64,000 bases of DNA from an uncultured Chthonomonadaceae bacterium (GTDB lineage: Bacteria; Armatimonadota; Chthonomonadetes; Chthonomonadales; Chthonomonadaceae), in the NCBI GenBank assembly GCA_963817895.1, contig CAWFQB010000011.1:1-64000 (forward strand). The letters run 5' to 3'. The position numbers and the translations under genes are program-made. Shown here piece by piece: positions 43,329 through 51,809 of the stretch. Positions within the stretch are counted from its first letter, which is position 1; each line of letters starts with the position of its first letter. Under the pieces are notes generated by a model that had not been told where the DNA came from, made no database searches, and saw nothing but the letters and a program-made list of their open reading frames with translations.

Positions 43329-46122
43329 TTACTCGCTGCTCGCTTCTTCCAGCGCATACGAGATGGCCTGTTCCAGTGTCAGGGCGCGGCCCTCGGTCCA
43401 GGCTGCCGCAAAAGCGGCTTCGCCCAACGTCTGCCGAACTGCCGCCGTCTCACGTTCCTGCCTCGCGCGCTCGAAAGGAAGCATAAAGAAACCGAAACTG
43501 TCGCGGACGGAGGCGGCAGCTCCCCACATGCGGACGCCACGCGCCTCCTGCGCCTCTTTGACACTCAGCAAAGCAAACTCGTTTAGAGATTTAGCGATGT
43601 CCTCCTTGTTCCCCAACTCTCGAAACATAGTCAGGCTCTGCTGATGCAGAACATGCGCCTGAACATAGTCCCCTTGCTCAAAGGCTACTTTCCCCAGGTT
43701 ATAATGCCCCCAGGCGACGCCGCTCTTGTTCCCCAACTCTCGATATATTAGCAGGCTCTGCTGATGCAGAACACGCGCCTGAACATAGTCCCCCTGCTCA
43801 AAGGCTATAAATCCCAAGAATAAGAGAGCTTTAGCTATCCCCTCCCTGTCCCCTGTCTCTCGCCTTATAGCCAGAACTCTCTTCATACCGATCACGCGCC
43901 TCGCTATAGTTGCCCTGCGCCATCGCTACCAGTCCTATTTCTATAAGAACATAAGCTATGCCGTGCTTGTCCCCTGTCTCTCGCATGATAGCCACACTCT
44001 CTTCATCCAGCGTATAGGCAATGCTGTATTCACCCCGGATCTCGGCTATCATCCCTAAATTGGCAAGAGACCAGGCGATGAGACCTCTCGCTCCTATCTC
44101 ACGCGCCATTGCCAAGCTTTCCTCAAGCAGAACACGCGCGCTGTCAAGGTCGCCATGGATAATGGGTAGGCCTCCTGCGGCAAAGAGCGCGCTGCACCGC
44201 GCTCTTGTTGTCTCCTGCCCACCGGGATGCGCCAGCGCCGCGCGCAGATGTTCCCGTCCTTCGCTGGCATGGCCCCGTCTTAGCCAGAACCGCAGCAAAG
44301 CCGCTCCCAGGCGCAGGCCCTTCTCGCCTGCCTCTGTGTCTTCCTCCGTCCCTTCGGCATATAGAGTCAGCGCCTGCCGCAGGTTGTCGTGTTCCTCCTC
44401 CAAAACCTCCAGCCACTGCGCCTGCCCCTCTCCTACAAGTTTCGGCCTGACCTCTTCGGCCAAGGTCAGGAAGCAGTCGCCGTGCCGCTTCCTGACCGCA
44501 AGTTCCTCGCCGCTCTCCAGCAGGCGGTCGCGGGCATACTGGCGCACGGTTTCAAGCAGGCTGTAGCGCGTGGTTTCTCCCGCGGTCTGTACAAGGACAA
44601 GGCTCTTGTCGGCAAGGCTGGTCAGCAAATCCAAGACTTCCCACTCCTCAATGCCCGCGTCCGCGTCGTCCTCGCCCGCGCCGACTTGTTCCGCCGTTTC
44701 CAGTGTCCACCCGCCCGCGAACACGGACAGGCGGCGTAGCAGGGTCTTCTCCTGCGGCGTGAGCAGGTCATAGCTCCAGTCAATGAGGGCGCGGAGGGTC
44801 TGCTGGCGCGGCAGGGCGGTGCGGCTTCCCCCGGTCAGCAAGCGAAAGCGGTTGTCAAGCCTGCTGTTGATCTCTTCTAAGGACAAGGAGCGCACACGGG
44901 CAGCGGCGAGTTCGAGGGCAAGAGGAATGCCGTCCAGACGCGAACAGATGGAGGCGAGGGCAGGCGCATTGGCATTGGTCACGGTGAAGGCGGGCAGGTA
45001 GAACAGGGCGCGTTCCACAAACAACTGCACCGCTTCGTACTGCCCGACACTCTCCACCGTGGCCGCCTGCCGCGCGTTCGGCAAACTCAGGGAGGGAATG
45101 CGATACGTCAACTCTCCTCCAATGCCCAGCCCTTCGCGGGAGGAAGCAAGCGCGCAGACACCCGGACAGGCGCGAAGCAGCGTGTCCAGCAGGCGAGCGC
45201 AGGTGTCAAGCAGATGCTCGCAGTTGTCCAGCACAATCAGCATCTTCTTGTCTTTGAGCGCCGTCACAAGCGTCTGCGCGAGGGGTTTGCCCGCCTCCTC
45301 TCGCACATTCAAGACCTGCGCCAGCGTCTGCGGCACAAGGGCAGGGTCGGCAAGCGGAGCCAGTTCCACAAACCACACGCCATCGGGGTAGTTGTCCAGG
45401 ACGTCGGCAGCCACTTGCAGGCTCAGGCGCGTCTTGCCACACCCGCCGCTGCCCGTGAGCGTGAGCAGACGTGTTTTGCCGAGCAATGTCTTGACCGCTG
45501 CGATCTCCTTTTCTCTGCCGATGAAACTGGTCATCTGCTGCGACAGATTGTTGGGCAGAGTGGCATTATCCAGGGAGCGCAAGGGAGGGAATGTATCGGG
45601 CAGGGCGGGATGATTGAGTTGGAAGACGGGTTCAGGACGGCCCAGGTCGCGCAGGCGGTGTTCTCCCAGGGGCAGCAGGGATGTGGAAGCCGGGAGGGTG
45701 TCACGGGTAAGGGCGTGGGCCACGTCCGAGAGCAGTGTCTGTCCGCCATGTCCCGCATTGAGCAAACGCGCGACACGATTGAGCGGCTGTCCGAAGTAGT
45801 CGTTATCGCGCTGTTCCGCCGTGCCGGTGTGCAGGGCCATACGGACGCGCACAGAAAGCGTCGGCGGCCATGCTTCGGCGGCAAGAGCCATTTGAGCAGC
45901 CAGGGCCGCGCTCAGGGCGTCCGGAGCGGTGGCAAAGGCGGCGCAGAACGCATCCCCAATGGTCTTGAAGACGCAGCCGTTGTTCTCTTCAATAGCCTGC
46001 CGGAGCAACGCATCGTGGCGGGCATGGGCAACCCGCATGGTGTCGGACTGGTCTTCCCACACACGGGTACTGCCTTCAATATCGGTAAACAAAAACGTGA
46101 CGGTTCCAGCGGGCAGGAACAT
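43329..46122 (-). CDS. Adenylate/guanylate cyclase-STAND NTPase (NB-ARC-like)-TPR protein (frameshift near 43880)
   Basis: TVTFLFTDIEGST, KTIGDAFCAAF, LNRVARL; GSGGCGKT, LIVLDNCEHL, LDGIPLALELAA; C-terminal TPRs. Confidence 0.92.
43605..43860 (-). repeat. 120-bp tandem repeats encoding TPR units
   Basis: 43605-43688 and 43725-43808 are nearly identical at the nucleotide level. Confidence 0.85.
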
Positions 46123-46228
46123 AGCGGGCCTCCAGGTAGCCTGGGTTGGTCATAACAGGACCGTCTTAGAGTTCGCTGAGGCAGCAGGTTTCTCCTGCAA
46201 GTGGGCTTATATACATTCCCCGGCGAAA

Positions 46229-46268
46229 CGACAAATAGCAGCAATTTCCAGACGGAAGACAGTTTCAT
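46229..46268 (-). repeat. Imperfect direct repeat of the 5' end of the comEC-like gene (copy of 43183-43225)
   Basis: Encodes MKLSSVWKLLLFV versus MKLSSIWKLLLLFV. Confidence 0.85.
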
Positions 46269-46286
46269 GGAGAGCGCGGGAGGCAA

Positions 46287-46361
46287 TCAACCGTGAGAGG
46301 AACGAAGCATTGGAAATATCTTATTAAAGCGTGTTTGTTGAATGGTGAGAAAGCGAGTCAT
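46287..46361 (-). pseudogene. Truncated toxin stub, Doc-like N-terminus
   Basis: ATGA overlap with the antitoxin-like gene; MTRFLTIQQ, then a stop after 24 aa. Confidence 0.45.
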
Positions 46362-46570
46362 GCAAGCCGCCTCAGCAACTCGTAATCTTCTTTCAGGATG
46401 TTGCTCAATTTCGTTTGGAACTCCAACCGAGAACGATCAAGAATTTTAGCCGCGTTATCGGCAAGAAGCTGTTCCAGCGTGGTATTCTGCCGTAACGCTT
46501 CGCCATTCAACTGTTCCGCTACCCTGTCTTCTAATTTCACTGTCACGACCACCATTGTATAATCCTCCAT
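46358..46570 (-). CDS. Small RHH-like protein, probable antitoxin
   Basis: VVTVKLEDRVAEQL...KEDYELLRRLA, a C-terminus typical of Doc-associated antitoxins. Confidence 0.65.
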   Translation of the reverse strand: MEDYTMVVVTVKLEDRVAEQLNGEALRQNTTLEQLLADNAAKILDRSRLEFQTKLSNILKEDYELLRRLA

Positions 46571-46609
46571 TGCCAGCGAACATTATTCTGACCTTAGTAT
46601 ACGGCATTG

Positions 46610-48874
46610 TTAGTGATTGAACAAGAACTCCTTGCTGTTCACCAGCACCCACAGCATATCCTCTAAGGCATGGCGACGCGAAGTTGCGTCTTTCGGAGTG
46701 GCGTTGATAGCGCGTTCAATCACTTGCAGGTTGGCCGCGCGTTCTCTGGCGGAGGGGGCGCGTCCGAAGGTGGTCCAGTAGAGTTCGTCCAGAATGTCGG
46801 CGTTGCTTTTACTGGCTTTGATAAGCCGGTCTACCATGCCGCCGTCTGCCGTTACTTTGCGGTTGAGCAGGTCGCCGTTGATAAAGAGCAACGCCTGCGC
46901 CATGTTCGGTTCCTGAGTGCGTTCGCACTCGCAGGTAATCACGCGGGCGGGACGGCCCAGTATATCCATGAATTCGGACTTGACATGCGTATCTGGTAAT
47001 TGAACGGCGCGCAATCCGGGCGGCATGTTGGGAAAGTCTTCCGGTTTGCCGGATACCTGACTGAGCGCGTCGAGCAGCTCTTCGGCTGTCATGCGGCGCG
47101 CGAGGAAATGGCTGAAATAGCGGTCGTCTTTGCTGTTCTGCGGCGTAGCGGCGGATGAGAGTTGATACGCCTGCGACAGGACAATCTGTTTTATCAGATG
47201 CCGCAGATCGAACTTGTGTTTCACGAAATCAGCCGCAAGCGCGTCGAACAGTTCCGGGTTTGTGGCGGGGTTGGTTTCGCGCAGGTCGTCTACGGGTTCC
47301 ACCAGTCCCCGGCCCATGAAGTGCGCCCACAGGCGATTCACAAGCGAATGGGAAAAATACCAGTTGTCGGGCTGCGTCAACCATTTGGCAAAATAGGCGC
47401 GGCGCTCATCGGGCGAATCCAGCGCCAGCATCGGCCCGCCGAGCGGCTTGGGCGCAACGGGCTTGCCCAATCGCGGCTGAATGATGTCGCCCGTCGGGGT
47501 ATTGTAAACCGTCATTTCGTCGTTGACATAAATGCCTAAATCGGCTTTGTATTTGACGCGGGCGAAGATATTCGCCATGCCGTAGTATTCGTTTTGCGTC
47601 CACTTTTCCAGCGGGTGATTGTGGCACTTGGCGCACTGCACCCGGATACCCATAAATCCCTGCGTGACGTTTTCGGCCAGCTCTTCGGGCTTCAGGGCGG
47701 TGCGGAAATAGTTGGCGGGGCCGTCCAGAAACGTGTTGCCCCGGGCCGTCAAAATTTCGCGCGTCATCACATCCCAACCCTTGTTGTCACGCACGGCGTC
47801 ATGGATGTAGCTGTAATACGCCCACATGCCCTTGTCTTTGAGCGTGCCGCGATTGACGCGCAGCAGGTCGCTCCACTTGTACGCCCAAAAATCTATATAC
47901 GCGGGGCGCGACATCAGCGCGTCTACCAGTTTGGCGCGTTTCTGCGGGTCGGCATTGGCGGCAAAAGCGCGGGCTTCATCGGGTGTAGGCAGTCCGCCCG
48001 TCAAATCGAGCGTGACGCGGCGAACGTATTCCAAATCGCCAGCCTGTCGGCTTGGCGGCAGATGCAGAGATGCGAGGCGGGCGTACACCAGACCGTCAAT
48101 GTAATTGGCGCGGGGCGCGTTCGCAAACGTTTTGGGGTTTACCACATTGGGAAACGGAACCATCACGCGGGCAACGGCCACTTTATCCTGATACCCGACC
48201 ATGATAGCGGTTTGCCCGACGCCATTTGTAGAAACCATTCCGTCCGGCACAACCGAAGCGATGTTTTCATCATTGGTGGCGAACCGCGCCCAGTGGGTCA
48301 CGTCGCGCTTGCTGCCGTCCGAGAAAACCGCTTCGACATGAAGCTGTAAATGCGCGTTGGGCGTCAGGGATTGGGCGGGCGGCGTCACCTTCAGGCCGGC
48401 CACATGCGGGTCGCGCATATCGGGAGGGGCTGCGCCCTGCGTCAGCCACTGCGCCAGAATTTTGTAGTCGGGAGAATTCTTCGCTAATGCCTTGCCGCCC
48501 AAATGCGAGACTTCCATCAGGGGCTTGCGCAGCAGCAGGCTTTGCGCGGGAAGGGCGAGGTCAATCCGCCGCCCGCGCGACTGCCGACAAATGGCGTTGT
48601 AATCCAGTTCGGGCGCGAAGCCGCGCAGACTGAGTTTGAAGCCGTTTTTGCCCGCCGCCGCGCCGTGACACGTCCCGGAGTTGCAGCCGTTGCGCGTCAG
48701 CACGGGAATTACGTCGTTGACGAAACTCACGGGCGCGACGGCAACATGAGCCGCCGTTTTTTTCGACTGCGCGGAACCGGACAGGGTAAGAATTGTCAAC
48801 AACGCCGTCGCCATGCCGAACATGCGCAGTCCTGATGAGAAGAAAGATTGAGTCATAAGGTCAAAGGGTTTCAT
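46610..48874 (-). CDS. DUF1549/DUF1553 protein with an Ig-like (Big_2) domain
   Basis: [60 protein letters not shown]. Confidence 0.92.
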   Translation of the reverse strand: MKPFDLMTQSFFSSGLRMFGMATALLTILTLSGSAQSKKTAAHVAVAPVSFVNDVIPVLTRNGCNSGTCHGAAAGKNGFKLSLRGFAPELDYNAICRQSRGRRIDLALPAQSLLLRKPLMEVSHLGGKALAKNSPDYKILAQWLTQGAAPPDMRDPHVAGLKVTPPAQSLTPNAHLQLHVEAVFSDGSKRDVTHWARFATNDENIASVVPDGMVSTNGVGQTAIMVGYQDKVAVARVMVPFPNVVNPKTFANAPRANYIDGLVYARLASLHLPPSRQAGDLEYVRRVTLDLTGGLPTPDEARAFAANADPQKRAKLVDALMSRPAYIDFWAYKWSDLLRVNRGTLKDKGMWAYYSYIHDAVRDNKGWDVMTREILTARGNTFLDGPANYFRTALKPEELAENVTQGFMGIRVQCAKCHNHPLEKWTQNEYYGMANIFARVKYKADLGIYVNDEMTVYNTPTGDIIQPRLGKPVAPKPLGGPMLALDSPDERRAYFAKWLTQPDNWYFSHSLVNRLWAHFMGRGLVEPVDDLRETNPATNPELFDALAADFVKHKFDLRHLIKQIVLSQAYQLSSAATPQNSKDDRYFSHFLARRMTAEELLDALSQVSGKPEDFPNMPPGLRAVQLPDTHVKSEFMDILGRPARVITCECERTQEPNMAQALLFINGDLLNRKVTADGGMVDRLIKASKSNADILDELYWTTFGRAPSARERAANLQVIERAINATPKDATSRRHALEDMLWVLVNSKEFLFNH

Positions 48875-49072
48875 TTAGCCGCGAATGAACGCGAATAAAC
48901 GCGAATAAAAGAGGGCAAACAAGGGTGTTTGCAGATTTAGACACAAGAACGCCGCGCTTGTGTCAGAAGGTTTTACCCTGTTGTTAGAATTTTTGGCGAT
49001 ACTCCACTGGTACGCAGGATTTTCGCATGGCGTTGGCGCAACAAAGGCATTGTGCGCAAAGAACTATTCAGG

Positions 49073-49131
49073 CCCTCACCGGGCGTCCACTTGTGGACAT
49101 GCCCCTCTCCCAAAAAAGCCTGGGAGAGGGG
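49073..49131. repeat. REP-like palindrome CCCTCACC...CCCCTCTCCC...GGGAGAGGGG
   Basis: Two hairpins; related to the element targeted by the IS110 at 57998 and to 59291-59335. Confidence 0.7.
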
Positions 49132-49146
49132 AGAACGGTTTTACAA

Positions 49147-49581
49147 ATGAAGATTGCGGATTTAAGCGAGATTGAGGGGCGCGCGTACCCGGCGCGGCGG
49201 CGGACGCAAAATCTGGTGGGCGGCGCGTCCCCCATTCAGGCCGCGTCGTTTAGCATGGGCTACGTCACGCTGGAACCCAACGGCGGGCAGGTTCCCTGGC
49301 ACAAGCAGGAGCAGGAAGAGGTGTATTTTGTCCTCGAAGGCACGGGCGAAATGTGCCTGGGAACCGAGCGGCAAACCGTAACGAGCGGACAGGCCATATA
49401 TATTCCTTCCGGCGTCTTCCACCAGATGACCAACCTGGGCGACACGCCGCTGAAAATGCTCTATTGCTACGGCCCCGCCGGCGATGTCGCCCACTGGCGG
49501 CAGGAACTGGATGGCACACTCCCTAAAGCGGGAATTGATGCGCCGAACTTGCCGGAAGGCGCACAGACACAATACGAGTAG
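49147..49581 (+). CDS. Cupin domain protein
   Basis: VPWHKQEQEEVYFVLEGTG, IYIPSGVFHQMTN. Confidence 0.9.
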   Translation: MKIADLSEIEGRAYPARRRTQNLVGGASPIQAASFSMGYVTLEPNGGQVPWHKQEQEEVYFVLEGTGEMCLGTERQTVTSGQAIYIPSGVFHQMTNLGDTPLKMLYCYGPAGDVAHWRQELDGTLPKAGIDAPNLPEGAQTQYE

Positions 49582-49684
49582 GTTGTTAGTTGTTAGGTCT
49601 TTAGGTTAAAGGAACGCTGCATACATCAGTCTTCCCTCCTCACCTAACACCTAACAACCTGACAACCTGACAACCTAACACCTA
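49579..49684. repeat. (GTTAGGT/GTTGTTA)n ... (CCTAACA/ACAACCT)n inverted repeat; a related tract is at 56468-56502
   Basis: Fills the cupin-oxidoreductase intergenic space from stop codon to start codon. Confidence 0.8.
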
Positions 49685-50838
49685 TGACCACACACAACCT
49701 GGGCGTAATCATGAACGGCGTCACCGGCCGCATGGGAACCAATCAGCATCTGATGCGCTCTCTCGTCGCCATTCGGCAGGGGGGCGGAGTGGCGTTGCCG
49801 GATGGTGGGGCGATACTGCCCGATCCCGTTCTGGTGGGGCGCAATGCGGCAAAACTGGAGAAACTGGCGCAGCAGGCGGGCGGGGTTCGCTGGACAACCG
49901 ATTTAGATTCTGCGCTTGACGACCCGAACAATCAGATTTACTTTGACGCGCAACTGACGCAGTTGCGCGCGCCTGCCGTTCAAAAGGCGATTGCGGCGGG
50001 AAAGCATATCTATTGCGAAAAGCCAACGGGCGTCAGCGTGGAAGAGGCGTATGGCCTGTATCTGGCGGCAAAGCAGGCGGGCGTCAAGCATGGCGTGGTG
50101 CAGGACAAACTGTTTCTGCCCGGCCTGCTGAAACTGAAATGGCTCATAGGTTCGGGCTTTTTCGGGCGTATTCTGTCCGTTCGGGGCGAGTTCGGGTACT
50201 GGGTGTTTACGGGCGAGGATCAGATACCCGCGCAACGGCCCTCATGGAACTACCGGCAGGAGGATGGCGGCGGCATTATTGTGGATATGCTGTGCCACTG
50301 GCGGTATGTGCTGGACAATCTGTTCGGCAGAGTGCAAAGCGTATCCTGTTTGGGCGCGACGCACGTTGCAACCCGCATAGATGAGCAGGGTAACCCGTAT
50401 CACTGTACAGCGGATGACAGCGCGTATGCCACTTTTCAACTGGAAGGCGGCATAATCGCGCACTTCAATTCCTCATGGTGCGTCCGCGTTCGGCGCGATG
50501 ATTTGCTCACGTTACAGGTGGACGGCACACACGGCAGCGCGGTTGCGGGCCTGCGCAACTGCGTCATGCAGCCCTACAACGGAACGCCGCGCCCCGTCTG
50601 GAACCCCGATATTGACAGTCCGATCAACTTTGCCGATAACTGGATGTCCGTACCGACAAACCAACTTTTCGACAACGGCTTCAAAGCGCAATGGGAACTG
50701 TTCCTCAAGCATGTCGTTCTGGACACGCCCTTTCCTTACAATTTACGTGAGGGCGCGAAAGGCGTTCAATTAGCCGAAAAGGGAATTGAATCCTGGCACA
50801 AACGCTGTTGGGTGGATTTAGAGGAATTGGACGAGTAG
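49684..50838 (+). CDS. Gfo/Idh/MocA family oxidoreductase
   Basis: NGVTGRMGTNQHL, YCEKP, QRPSWNYR, GGGIIVDMLCHWRY. Confidence 0.92.
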   Translation: MTTHNLGVIMNGVTGRMGTNQHLMRSLVAIRQGGGVALPDGGAILPDPVLVGRNAAKLEKLAQQAGGVRWTTDLDSALDDPNNQIYFDAQLTQLRAPAVQKAIAAGKHIYCEKPTGVSVEEAYGLYLAAKQAGVKHGVVQDKLFLPGLLKLKWLIGSGFFGRILSVRGEFGYWVFTGEDQIPAQRPSWNYRQEDGGGIIVDMLCHWRYVLDNLFGRVQSVSCLGATHVATRIDEQGNPYHCTADDSAYATFQLEGGIIAHFNSSWCVRVRRDDLLTLQVDGTHGSAVAGLRNCVMQPYNGTPRPVWNPDIDSPINFADNWMSVPTNQLFDNGFKAQWELFLKHVVLDTPFPYNLREGAKGVQLAEKGIESWHKRCWVDLEELDE

Positions 50839-50851
50839 GGGATAAGCGAGT

Positions 50852-51796
50852 ATGAACCTGAGTGAAGTACATGCGCAACGCAAATGTAGCCGGAAAATAA
50901 CAGGTATGGCAGCCATCCTGTTGCCGTTTGAAGCGAGCGGTGACATTGCCGAAGACGCTTATGTGAACTGCCTGCTGGATACGGTAAACGCGGGATTAAC
51001 GCCCGCCGTCAATATGGATACCGGGTATGTCAATCTGCTCACGGACAGCGAAAAAGAGCGCGTTTTGAAACTGGCGCAATCCGCGTTGGGAAACGCGCCG
51101 TTTGTAGCGGGCGCGTATATCGAGGGGCAGGATGGCGATGTTGCGAACCTGTACCGGCGCGAAATCGCCCGCATTGCCGAACACGGCGGCACGCCCATAT
51201 TGTTTCAAACGTCGCGCCTGCACGACAAACCGACAAGTGAAGTGGTAAATACTTATGCCCGCGCCGTTCAGGATGTGCCGACCGCCTACGGGTTTGAACT
51301 GGGGCGCATGTTCGCGCCCAATGGCGAAATCTGGACGGCGGAAGTAGCGGAGGGGATTATGTCTATCCCGCAGATAAAGGGCATGAAACACTCCAGTCTG
51401 GACCGGGTAATTGAACTGGAACGGCTGGCCCTGCGCGACCGGGTTCGGCCCGACTTTCAGATTTTTACGGGCAACGACCTGGGCATTGACATGATCGAAT
51501 ACGGCAGCGATTATCTGCTCGGACTGGCAGCGTTTTCCCCCACAAAGTTTGCCGAACGCGACCGCTTATGGCAAACACAGGATACGGGTTACTTCGCGAT
51601 TGCCGACGCTTTACAATCATTAGGCAACATCGCGTTCCGCCTGCCTGTTCCCGCCTACAAACACTCCGCCGCGATTTTCCTGCGGCTGACGGGCAAAATT
51701 CCCACTGCCCGAACGCATCCGCGCAGCCCGGAACGGCCCGCGTGGGAAGCAGAGATTTTGACGGATTGCGCCCGAAGATTGGGATTATTGTCTTGA
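50852..51796 (+). CDS. Dihydrodipicolinate synthase-like (class I aldolase TIM barrel) protein
   Basis: PAVNMDTG, GMKHSSL (Schiff-base Lys region), FTGND, YKHSAA. Confidence 0.8.
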   Translation: MNLSEVHAQRKCSRKITGMAAILLPFEASGDIAEDAYVNCLLDTVNAGLTPAVNMDTGYVNLLTDSEKERVLKLAQSALGNAPFVAGAYIEGQDGDVANLYRREIARIAEHGGTPILFQTSRLHDKPTSEVVNTYARAVQDVPTAYGFELGRMFAPNGEIWTAEVAEGIMSIPQIKGMKHSSLDRVIELERLALRDRVRPDFQIFTGNDLGIDMIEYGSDYLLGLAAFSPTKFAERDRLWQTQDTGYFAIADALQSLGNIAFRLPVPAYKHSAAIFLRLTGKIPTARTHPRSPERPAWEAEILTDCARRLGLLS

Positions 51797-51809
51797 ACTC
51801 GGAGGACAC

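Noticed and set aside
43605..43860. Near-identical 120-bp repeats as a diversity-generating retroelement TR/VR pair
   Set aside because: Both copies are in-frame TPR units of one gene, the differences are not confined to adenines, and there is no reverse transcriptase in the window.
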